This document shows, in pieces, positions 10,256-20,757 of a DNA stretch of 64,000 bases. Position numbers and translations under genes: made by a program. The notes beneath the pieces are model-generated. The model had not been told where the DNA came from. It made no database searches and worked only from the letters and a program-made list of their open reading frames with translations. The DNA is from Candidatus Bathyarchaeota archaeon (GTDB lineage Archaea; Thermoproteota; Bathyarchaeia; Bathyarchaeales; Bathycorpusculaceae): the NCBI GenBank assembly GCA_963828195.1, contig CAWHDT010000009.1:64001-128000 (forward strand). The letters are read 5' to 3'. Position 1 is the first letter of the stretch. The number at the start of each line of letters is the position of its first letter.

Positions 10256-11257
10256 TTGGAAAACCATGAATATAACTTTCAGGAAACATTCAGGTTAGCC
10301 CTTAGACTGTATCGTGGTTTTCTCTTAAACTCACTGGGCATAAAAGCTCCAATGATAAGTGGACACAAATTAACTTATAACTGCAACCTTAAATGTAAAA
10401 TGTGTCCGTTCTGGAAACGATCCAACGAAAATTTAAGCACCCAAAAAGAAAAAGAAATTCTAAAGCAAATTTACGATTCAGGCGTTTGCGCAGTGGGGTT
10501 TGAAGGCGGAGAGCCGCTTTTAAGAAAAGACTTGCCTGAAATTTTAGCGTATTCTCGCTCTCTGCCTCTACATACAAGTCTTATCACCAATGGAACGCTG
10601 CTCAAATCAAGGATAGATGAGATCGCACCATACATCAACGGCATTCTGTTTGTTTCGCTGGATGGTCTGGAGAAAACTCATGACGCCATAAGAGGGGTTA
10701 ATGGCTGCTTCAAAAATGCGGTGCAGGGCATAAATGCTGCTAAGAGGAAGGTTTCTGTAACAATTAATACGACTATTATGGCTGAAAACCTCGATGACGT
10801 GGAAGATACGGTGAAGTTGGCTAAGGATTTGGGTGTGAGAATAGTTTTGTCAGCTTCTCATGAGTACCATGATGTCGAATCTTCTGCGCCTGAAGCCGTT
10901 GGAATCAAGAAGCTTGCAAACCAGCTTATTGAATTAAAAAAACAAGGCTACCCAATCATGAATTCAATTAATTACTTTAAAGTACTAGCTAAAGAGAAAA
11001 GCTGGCAGTGCAAACCATGGGCAATAGTAAACATTGATCCAAACGGACAAGCCGTCTTGCCGTGCTATGTTCACAATGATTACGCAAGCAGCATACCTAT
11101 TTCTGGAACTGGCATAAAAAACGCTGTTAATCAATTTGACTGGAAAAAAATCGAAAACTGCCAAAAATGCGGTCTGCATTGTTATGTTGAGCCTTCTTTG
11201 GTGCTTTCATGGGATTTTAGAGCGTACATGCATTGGGGTCTTCATGTTAACGTCTAA
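10256..11257 (+). CDS. radical SAM protein (PTO1314-family-like)
   Basis: CNLKCKMC cluster motif, GGEPLLR, C-terminal Cys cluster C..C.LHCYVEPS. Confidence 0.88.
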   Translation: MENHEYNFQETFRLALRLYRGFLLNSLGIKAPMISGHKLTYNCNLKCKMCPFWKRSNENLSTQKEKEILKQIYDSGVCAVGFEGGEPLLRKDLPEILAYSRSLPLHTSLITNGTLLKSRIDEIAPYINGILFVSLDGLEKTHDAIRGVNGCFKNAVQGINAAKRKVSVTINTTIMAENLDDVEDTVKLAKDLGVRIVLSASHEYHDVESSAPEAVGIKKLANQLIELKKQGYPIMNSINYFKVLAKEKSWQCKPWAIVNIDPNGQAVLPCYVHNDYASSIPISGTGIKNAVNQFDWKKIENCQKCGLHCYVEPSLVLSWDFRAYMHWGLHVNV

Positions 11258-11405
11258 ACTTAGGCAATTGGGAATCTGAGCCAAAACTCGAAGACCAATT
11301 TTGCGGTAAAACTTAAATTTTCATGGTTGGTTCGATACAGTCACATAGTCTTATGTGTTATTTCGTTTTCTCTTTTTGTTTCTCCTAGTGTGGAGGTGAA
11401 TGTTT

Positions 11406-11573
11406 TTGTCAAAGAATACGCGTCCCGAAAATATGGAGCCCAAAATGACTTCCGACGGCAAATACCTCTGTGAAGCGGACAACAAAAAATTCAGCACAAA
11501 AGAAGACTACACTAAGCATTGCTCAGAAGCCCACACGAAAAGCAGAGAAAATAAAGCAAATGAAGAGTGGTAG
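11406..11573 (+). CDS. 55-aa C2H2-like zinc-finger microprotein (C-x2-D...H-x4-H)
   Basis: YLCEADNKKFSTKEDYTKHCSEAH; GGAGGTGA RBS before TTG; promoter motif upstream. Confidence 0.75.
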   Translation: MSKNTRPENMEPKMTSDGKYLCEADNKKFSTKEDYTKHCSEAHTKSRENKANEEW

Positions 11574-11880
11574 TCGTTAAATGCAACAAAGACGATTACC
11601 CCTTTTTTTTCGGGTGCCGCGGAAAAAAATTAGGACATGAATAAACCAGCTATTATGGTCTCTGGTTCACGCGATAATGTTTATTTTAATGTTAAAGAAA
11701 TGTTTATATCGGATAATGGTGCTTCTGATAGAATTCAGCTATAATTGCTAGCCCCGCAATTTTCACATGGCGGCGGCTCAACCCCTACCGAAACGGCGTT
11801 TGCCTTGCAGGAATGACGGAGTTGGCCTCCAATTGCGGGGACACGAATGTGGACCTGACTAATTGCTCAGTTAGGTCTGA

Positions 11881-13582
<1,702 letters not shown>

Positions 13583-13985
13583 AAAACATTAGCAATATAG
13601 CGAATGGGTTTTATTTTCTTATTTTTTGTAAATTAGTGATTGAGTGTGATTTCATTCAATCGATGTTTTGGTGCCATAAATAAATTTGAGGCTTACGTTA
13701 TGTCAGGTGCTTACGTTTTGCCAGAATTTGGATTTGCACGACCGTGCTCGATTGGAGGAGTGTGGGAAGCTAAGCGCTCTACCTTGGTAGTTCACCGACG
13801 GAGAGCAGAACATCGCTTACTTGAAGCCTTATACAGCGAAAAAGCGTAACTTCTGTTTATAGCCCGGTTCGTTTGGTTTCTTTTGTGTTGTCGAAGTGTG
13901 GGTCGTCCGAGATTTTTTTTGCTTGGTTTCTTATGGCTGCATCGAGAAAAGGTTTGGATACGCTAACTAATGGCTAATTTTGTTA

Positions 13986-14268
13986 TTACGTCTTGTCTAA
14001 ACCAGTGTCTAACTTAACGTTTGTTTCTAAAAGATTTTTCAGTTTCGGATTGTCCGGAAACACCCAAATGATTCGCTTGTTGGATATTACAATCTTGTTT
14101 GAGCTTTCTATGTAAGTGAGTATTCGCACGAATGTTTGGTACTGTATTTTTCTGGGCAGGCTTTTGAGTAGTTCTTTTTTGTTGGGTATTCGCCGCAGTC
14201 TTTTTGGCTTTTTCCACCATTAAAATTGTGTCTAATCGAGGTTCATGCTCGTAATTCAATTGGTTCAT
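13986..14268 (-). pseudogene. frameshifted small archaeal HTH-type protein
   Basis: HEPRLDTILMVEKA / DCGEYPTKK / ELLKSLPRKIQYQTFVRILTYIESSNKI...IIWVFPDNPKL lie in three different frames. Confidence 0.6.
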
Positions 14269-14344
14269 GTATGCTCTGCCTAAAACCTATTGAGGGAATT
14301 TAAGTACGTAAGTTTGTGTAGTTTTAGCTTGAATCAAGTTAAGA

Positions 14345-14477
14345 GGCAAGCTTGAAAACGATTGTTTGGTTAACTATTTCTGCTGTTAGAATGTCTCCTA
14401 CTTTTATCCCTAGCTTCTTTTCTGACTTCCGCAGGAATCGTTACCAGTCCCAGTTTACCCACTCTGACTGTTGTCAT
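14345..14477 (-). pseudogene. frameshifted AbrB/MazE/SpoVT antitoxin remnant (3' end approximate)
   Basis: MTTVRVGKLGLVTIPAEVRK then shift to KLGIKVGDILT. Confidence 0.7.
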
Positions 14478-14577
14478 ATCATCGTTAACTAATAAGGGCG
14501 GCACCGAATAAGACATTATCTCAAAATTTGGGGAAAAAAGAATATCTGCCTTCTTTTAATTATAACAGGGGACCTGC

Positions 14578-14829
14578 ATGTCAATTGAGGTTGGTAAATC
14601 CGGGCGCATCATTCTTCCGAAAAGAATCCGCAAAAAGTACGGCGTTCAAGAAGGTTCCAGGCTAATCATCACCGAATCTATTGGTCGCATTTGTCTTGTT
14701 CCAGTTAAAACTTACGAGAAGCCGACTGAAGCTTTGTATGGCAGCTTGAAAACAGACAAGCCTATTGGCAAACCAAAGAGTTTTGCCAGAGGTCACATTC
14801 GAAAGAAACTGCCTGAGGAAACCTCGTAA
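14578..14829 (+). CDS. AbrB/MazE/SpoVT-family antitoxin (VapB-like)
   Basis: VGKSGRIILPKRIRKKYGVQEGSRL motif. Confidence 0.88.
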   Translation: MSIEVGKSGRIILPKRIRKKYGVQEGSRLIITESIGRICLVPVKTYEKPTEALYGSLKTDKPIGKPKSFARGHIRKKLPEETS

Positions 14830-14841
14830 TCCTTCGGGCCT

Positions 14842-14910
14842 ACTGACATCTTCATCTACGCTCTGATAAAACAAAAGGTACCACAAAACAGACAGATTCA
14901 GCCGCCGTAA
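14842..14910 (+). pseudogene. VapC/PIN toxin N-terminal remnant
   Basis: TDIFIYAL resembles PIN DTNIFIYA, directly after the AbrB gene, then stops. Confidence 0.5.
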
Positions 14911-14949
14911 AGATAATTTACTTAGATAACGTTTTGATTAAAAGTGTCT

Positions 14950-15038
14950 TTATACAGTGTTGTATTATACAGTGGTGTATAATTTTTAACGCTTTCGTAC
15001 GGAAAGTATTATACATTGGTGTATTATACACTTGTGTA
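14950..15038. promoter_or_regulatory. four 15-bp palindromic repeats TTATACA-N4-TGTA in two tandem pairs
   Basis: Copies at 14950, 14965, 15009 and 15024, upstream of the ATPase start. Confidence 0.75.
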
Positions 15039-15057
15039 TAAAGCGAGGCGTTTATTG

Positions 15058-16197
15058 ATGAATCCTTTCAAGTATGGCGGAGTTGTCTCTGGCAGGGATT
15101 TCGCCGATAGAAAAAGTGAACTGGCACAAATGGTTAGAGAACTGTCAAGTGGACAAAAAATACTTCTTTACTCGCCCAGACGATACGGCAAAAGTTCATT
15201 GGCGGTTGCAGTTTTGGCTCAGCTGCAGAAGGAGGGATTCATGACGGCTTTTATTGATTTGTATGGGTGCGTCTCTGAAGCCGATTTGGCGAACAAGTTG
15301 ATAGAGAAAACGGTTATTCCAGCTTATGATACGACCGATAAAGTTGTAAACTTTTTCAAGTCAGCTTTTTCAGGCGTTAGACCTGAACTAACCATAGGCA
15401 CTGACGGAAGCATTAAAGTAAGCATTAGCCGGGAGCCACAGACTTTAGGTGAAAAGGAACTTTCCGAGGTGCTGGATACGCCTGAGAAGTTGGCTAAGGC
15501 AAAGGGAAAATGTTTAGTCGTTGTTTTTGACGAGTTTCAAGAGATTATGGAGCTCGATGGGGTTCGGCTGGAGAAGTTGATGAGGGCAAGTTTTCAGCAC
15601 CACAAGTCAGTGACCTATGTCTTCATGGGCAGTAAGAGACACATAATCGATCAGATGTTTGAGAATTTAAACGCACCATTTTATAAGTTTGCAAAACCTT
15701 TCCCACTAGAAAAAATTCCAATCGCAGAGTTCAAGAGTTTTATTCTTAAGAGGTTCAATGAGGAGCACGTAAGAATTGATTCATCCATCGTAGACTCCGT
15801 TCTTGCATTTACAGATGGGCATCCCTATTTTACACAGCAGTTATGCCATGAACTATGGAATATGGCGTGCGAGAAGGGCAAGGTGGAAGAAGCAGACTTA
15901 AGAAAAGCCGTTGAAAGCATCTTGAACTTGTATAATGACCTGTATCTGCGAATGTGGGATTCGATGACGCTGCCCCAAAGAAGATTAGTGATAGCACTAA
16001 GTTCAGAGAGCGCAGTTTCGTCAATTTACTCATTGCCCTGGATAAAGAAAAATGGGCTCCAATCAGCATCCCAAGTGAAGAGAGCAATGGACCAGTTGGC
16101 GAAAAACGGGACGGTTGAAAAGATAAGCTGCAACTATTTCTTATCGGATGTATTTTTTAGAGAATGGGTAAAAGTCAAGATTGGAAAGAGTTCCTGA
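15058..16197 (+). CDS. archaeal AAA+ ATPase with C-terminal winged helix
   Basis: MNPFKYG, F.DR..EL, SPRRYGKS Walker A, VFDEFQ Walker B, GHPYFTQ, DVFFREW. Confidence 0.92.
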   Translation: MNPFKYGGVVSGRDFADRKSELAQMVRELSSGQKILLYSPRRYGKSSLAVAVLAQLQKEGFMTAFIDLYGCVSEADLANKLIEKTVIPAYDTTDKVVNFFKSAFSGVRPELTIGTDGSIKVSISREPQTLGEKELSEVLDTPEKLAKAKGKCLVVVFDEFQEIMELDGVRLEKLMRASFQHHKSVTYVFMGSKRHIIDQMFENLNAPFYKFAKPFPLEKIPIAEFKSFILKRFNEEHVRIDSSIVDSVLAFTDGHPYFTQQLCHELWNMACEKGKVEEADLRKAVESILNLYNDLYLRMWDSMTLPQRRLVIALSSESAVSSIYSLPWIKKNGLQSASQVKRAMDQLAKNGTVEKISCNYFLSDVFFREWVKVKIGKSS

Positions 16198-16483
16198 TTT
16201 ACCTCAAGAGGTCACTTTTGAGGTTCTCAGTAAGTTAAAAGAAAGCGGCTTTATGTCGGCATCTATTTGGATCCTGTAGATGCCCCAAACATGCCTCTTG
16301 AATCGAAACAGCGCTTTTTCCCAAAGGCGCCTGACTGCAATGGCTTTGATTTAAGCCCTAAACCAGAAAAACAACCGAAAACAAACCCTGACCAGCACCC
16401 GCCTGCCCATAGACCTACCTAGTATTTGCGTCAAAAAACCGCCACAAATATGGCATGCAGTCACAAACCCATAGCTTTGTTTC

Positions 16484-16987
16484 TTATTCGGTTAGGGTTT
16501 TGGTGTAGTCCCAGATTTTGTCGCCGACGTAATGCAGTGTTTTTACTATGGGCCCTTTTTTGGTGGCTTTGGCGGTTTCTGCGTCGAGGAGGCTTTCGCC
16601 CAGCGCCAGGGATTTGCCAAACTTCACATCCACCACAATGACGAGGTCGCCTTTGCCGAATTCCCCTTCGATGCGCACGATGCCCGGAGCCATCACTGTT
16701 GCGCCCTTGCACACGTAGGGGACGGCGCCCATGTCAACCACGATTTTTGGGGCTTTGGCGGTGAACTCGGTGAAGTGCAGTGTGGGCAGGACTTCGCCGT
16801 TGCCTTTGAAGAGGAGCGGTTTTCCGCCGAGGAGGTAGACTTCCCCAACTTCGGATTCTGCGACTTCCACGGTTGTTTTGCCGCCGAAAAGTGAGTTTAG
16901 GTCAAGTTTTATTTTTGTTGAAGCTTCGGTTAGGATTTGTTTTGCTTCTTTTTCTTTTATGGGGTATCTTCGTTGTTTTGTTGGCAT
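16484..16987 (-). CDS. PUA-domain RNA-binding protein (DUF1947/MCT-1-like)
   Basis: VVDMGAVPYVCKGATVMAPGI...LHYVGDKIW. Confidence 0.92.
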   Translation of the reverse strand: MPTKQRRYPIKEKEAKQILTEASTKIKLDLNSLFGGKTTVEVAESEVGEVYLLGGKPLLFKGNGEVLPTLHFTEFTAKAPKIVVDMGAVPYVCKGATVMAPGIVRIEGEFGKGDLVIVVDVKFGKSLALGESLLDAETAKATKKGPIVKTLHYVGDKIWDYTKTLTE

Positions 16988-17277
16988 AGGTTCTCTTGGG
17001 TAAGTCACTGCAGGCATGAAATTTAACTTTGCTCTCGGTTAGCTGCCTGTGTCTTGGCGTCAAAATAGACTCCGAACCCGATTTCCACAACTAAACAGCC
17101 GTAAACCCAATCATTAAGCAAAAACAAATCACGCTGAAAAACAAACCCCAAACATAAGCAGCCACCCATAAAAGTCTGTCTTGCGATAAATGTTTTAAGG
17201 CTATATATTGAATATAAGAAAATGTTAAATACGCATATAGAAATACGCTATAAAAATCAAATTGCAGAGAAATCCGT

Positions 17278-18981
17278 ATGCTTGCTTACGAACTTTATTT
17301 AAAGAATAGAGAAAGCACAGCAGAGTATGTGAAAACAAAAGTCTCGATTAAGAAAGTGTTTGTCAAGGTTGATGATAACGTAACTCTCCAACTGGATTCC
17401 AAAACTTTAGAACACTACGGGGAAAGTTTAAGCCAAAATGATAAGAATTTTTATTTTCAACGGTCGCTTTCTATGCCCTCAAATAACCTTTCATCTGTTG
17501 GTCTTCCTTATAGGGGAACTGGGGCTGCCGCTAAGAAACCGTATGTAGAGTTTTATGGCAACTACAAAAAAGGCAAGTTGACAATCTCTCTTCAAGGTGA
17601 AGCAGGTAAAGATGGCAAACAGAAGTATGAATACCTATTTGACTTCGTAAATGGCAAAGAAGTTGCTATAGTTTCGGTTGATTATCTGGTTTTAAGGCTT
17701 GATAAGAAAAGCTATTTTGTTGGCGATAAGCTGCTTTTTGATTTCTACAAAGAAGCGGGAGTCATTGACGCAGAAGGCGCGTTGTCGTCCAAGGTGTTTC
17801 TTGAAGTTTGCAAAGCCTTCTCTTTGTTATGGAAAGAGAAAATAGTGTATGAAGAGCTCAAGGAGTTCAGCAGTTTTTCTTTTCTTATAGTTTTATTGCC
17901 TTTTTCGCTTATGTCTGATGGAAAAGTTGAGTATCATTGCGAAAAAGCTGCTGACTGCCCCGGCGAAGAGTTTCAGGATTCTTTTGGGAACCCTGCAACC
18001 GGTTATCCCTCAAAAGCGACCATAAATGCCAAGTTTATTTCTTTTGACGATGAAGCTTTCACTATCAATTGCAAAACAGGTAAAGAATTCTACTAGAATC
18101 TAGGTATAGGAGACCAATCTTTTCTTAAGATTAATTTACCCAGCACAATGCAGGGTTTAAACTGGTATTTTTTTGACGTGAACAATCCATTGTTACAATT
18201 TGATGAAAAGCGCTCAGGTATCTATGACCAACTTCTCAGCAACTATCAATTCTTATCCATAGAGGCTGGAAAATCGGCTATTAAGGAATCAGCGATGAAG
18301 ATTATATGCGCTAAAAAGGCGCAGGCCAAGCTTGAGGTATTGCTTGATGAGAATTTGACTTCAGAACAACTGAAGCATATGCTTAGCAGAGCGCAAGATA
18401 ACTTTGCCCGTCATCCAATGGCAATAGAGTCGCTTATAGTAAAAAGAAAAAATGACGTTATATGGACGGACTATATAACCGCAATAAGGCACTTCTTGAA
18501 CGGAACCTTTGTTGACCGCGCCTTTTTGATTCAGCGGTTTACCCTTATCCTTCGGGAAAATCTCCGAGAATGGTTAAAAGGTAACAAGCTGATCAAAAAA
18601 GAAACCGATGACTTTTTCGGTAAATCCCAGTTTTGCTTGAATCTATTAACTAAAAACGAGAGAGGATTAGCTTTGAATAAAAACGAAGAGTATGCATACA
18701 AGGTCGGCGTTATAGCCGGAAAGTACGTGAAGTTTAAACGTGAAAAGAAAGAGGCCAACAATTCAACCAATGACATTTTGACTTATTCCAAGTATGACCG
18801 GGAACGCCTTCGGTTTGTTTATCAGCGGGTCGGCATTGGCGTCTCGCTCTCCAAAGTCAACACCGATGCTATAAGTCAATCAATAAAAAATGAGCTGCCC
18901 AAAGAAGAAATAGATGACACCCAAGCCCATGAAGACTACTCTTACTTCTTCTACAAGGGCGTCTTTGAAAATCTAACTTAA
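17278..18981 (+). pseudogene. cas8b: type I-B large subunit Cas8b interrupted by one in-frame TAG (18094-18096)
   Basis: ORFs 17278..18096 and 18148..18981 share a frame and are separated only by that TAG; first gene of the cas operon; Cas8b-like C-terminus. Confidence 0.7.
18673..18981 (+). CDS. cas11: putative internally translated Cas11b small subunit
   Basis: GAGAGG RBS-like element before in-frame TTG at 18673; AYKVGVIAG...YFFYKGV helical domain; internal Cas11 translation is established for type I-B. Confidence 0.55.
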   Translation: MNKNEEYAYKVGVIAGKYVKFKREKKEANNSTNDILTYSKYDRERLRFVYQRVGIGVSLSKVNTDAISQSIKNELPKEEIDDTQAHEDYSYFFYKGVFENLT

Positions 18982-18991
18982 GGTGATAAAC

Positions 18992-19993
18992 ATGACTGCA
19001 AATCAACAACCCGATTTAAAAAATCTCAAAAAAGAACTCCTGTTCTATTATGAGTCAAGACAGAACCCAAACGGCGACCCTGGCTTTGAAAATCAGCCCC
19101 GCCTGATGCCCGATGGAACCATAATGGTTACTGACGTGCGGATTAAGCGAACAATCCGTGATTACGCAAAAAGCAAGTATGGCGACACTTTATTTGTAGA
19201 CTTCGGGGATGATGGTGGAGCGGTCAAGGCGGATGAGCGAGCAAAAGAAATCCTTGGTGGTAGTCTTAAAGATGCTATAAAGGGCTTAGCTGTTAAGACT
19301 TTTGATGTCCCGTTGTTTGGCGGTTTAGTCACTATTCGAGGCGAAAAAGGTGGCTCTCAGAAGTTGACGGGTCCTGTTCAATTCGCTATAGGTCGAAGCG
19401 TTAATCAGGTTCAAATTTTGAATCCCATGATCACGGGCAGGTTTGTGGGCAAAGAAAAAAAGAGTGAGTCGCAAGATGCCGGCGAGGAACAAAAGCAACA
19501 TAGAACTTTTGGGAAATTTTATGCAGTTGACTATGCTTTGATTAAGATACAGGGAGCCGTGAACCCCTCTAACCTTGGGGAATACTTAGAAGACGCCGCC
19601 GTGGTGGAGAATTTCAAGAAGGCAGAAAGCAAACTGTTCTATAGCCTTTGGGAGGGAACCAACGCCTTAATTACCCGATCCAAGTTCCCGCAGAGAAGCA
19701 TATTCCTCTTGGAGGTAACCTATGACTCCTCAATCTACAATGACCTGCCAGTTTTGGTTGAAGAGGACCCGGCGCTTAAAGGTCGAGCCAACGGCTTAAC
19801 AGATTCCCCGTTAAAGTTCACCAAATTGCTTGAAGCACTCAAAACCCGCAAGGTAAGAGTCAAAAAAGTACGGCTGGCATCCTGCAGAGAACTGCTCAAA
19901 GATACGCAGCAGCTCAAAGCCGACATAGAAGCCATTGGAATTTCAGTTGAATTAGTACCGACTGAAGAGCCTTTGGGGGCAACAGCGAGTTGA
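18992..19993 (+). CDS. cas7: type I-B Cas7 (Csh2)
   Basis: NPNGDP.FEN.PR, VTDVRIKRTIRDY, DVPLFG, TGPVQF. Confidence 0.95.
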   Translation: MTANQQPDLKNLKKELLFYYESRQNPNGDPGFENQPRLMPDGTIMVTDVRIKRTIRDYAKSKYGDTLFVDFGDDGGAVKADERAKEILGGSLKDAIKGLAVKTFDVPLFGGLVTIRGEKGGSQKLTGPVQFAIGRSVNQVQILNPMITGRFVGKEKKSESQDAGEEQKQHRTFGKFYAVDYALIKIQGAVNPSNLGEYLEDAAVVENFKKAESKLFYSLWEGTNALITRSKFPQRSIFLLEVTYDSSIYNDLPVLVEEDPALKGRANGLTDSPLKFTKLLEALKTRKVRVKKVRLASCRELLKDTQQLKADIEAIGISVELVPTEEPLGATAS

Positions 19994-20748
19994 GTATTGT
20001 CTCCTTCGACCTTGAAGGAGACTTTGCAGCCTTCAAAGACCCCTCGGTGACAACCAACCAGACGGTAACTGTCATACCGTCAAAGAGCGCACTAATAGGC
20101 TTATTAGGTGCTTTGCTTGGAGTCAAACGGTCCAACTCTTTTGACCGCCTATACAGCGAAGACTATCTTGAACTGTTTCAGAAAACCGCTATAGGCATTA
20201 GAGTTCGGAACCAAGCGACTAAATGCACCTTTTTTACTAACCACCGCTCACTCAAAGAAGCCAAAACTAAACCCTACAAAACCGAGCTACTGGTTAACCC
20301 CAAATACACGATTTATGTAAAGTCCACTGATGAGGTGAACAAGGCTTTGCTTGACAGACTCAAAGATAACCGGTTTGTGTTTTCGCCGATGCTTGGACAT
20401 GCGTATTGTCCAGCAAGAATACCTCGTTTTGAAGAGATCCGCGGCGCTAAACAGGTTGAACCAAGAAAATGTCAAGTCTCAACTGTCTTTTTGGATGAAA
20501 TAGTAGAATCACGTGGTGAGGATCCGGGTGTGATGTTTGGAGCTAAATTTGGTAAGGTGATAGTTGAGCGGCACCTGCATCTCTATCTCGAAGACGACCG
20601 CCTCAATAGAATCGTTTTGCGACACTTTATACCAGTCCCTGAAAATGGCGAAGCCTCAATCTTTAAAATTACCTCCTATGAATCCAGATTATCTTTAGCT
20701 AAATTTTTTGCACTTGAAGGTTCCAGTGAAGCGTTATGTCTCTACTAA
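19990..20748 (+). CDS. cas5: Cas5
   Basis: FDLEGDFAAFKDP, PSKSALIGLLGALLG, ELLVNPKYTIYV, PMLG. Confidence 0.93.
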   Translation: MSIVSFDLEGDFAAFKDPSVTTNQTVTVIPSKSALIGLLGALLGVKRSNSFDRLYSEDYLELFQKTAIGIRVRNQATKCTFFTNHRSLKEAKTKPYKTELLVNPKYTIYVKSTDEVNKALLDRLKDNRFVFSPMLGHAYCPARIPRFEEIRGAKQVEPRKCQVSTVFLDEIVESRGEDPGVMFGAKFGKVIVERHLHLYLEDDRLNRIVLRHFIPVPENGEASIFKITSYESRLSLAKFFALEGSSEALCLY

Positions 20749-20757
20749 TTTCATGGT

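Larger units (their letters stand above)
2687..11356. promoter_or_regulatory. ten copies of a shared promoter element CA(G/T)(T/C)CACA abutting a TATA-like box
   Basis: Minus-strand copies near 2697-2717, 3691-3710, 4437-4460, 6090-6112, 6688-6711, 8230-8250, 8705-8729, 9807-9831; plus-strand copies near 9955-9987 and 11326-11356; nine lie about 45-80 nt before a start codon. Confidence 0.8.

Noticed and set aside
18094-18096. Genome-wide TAG recoding
   Set aside because: Several clear genes here (GT2, phoU, cas4, PRC-barrel) end at TAG at expected lengths; no pyl genes in the window.
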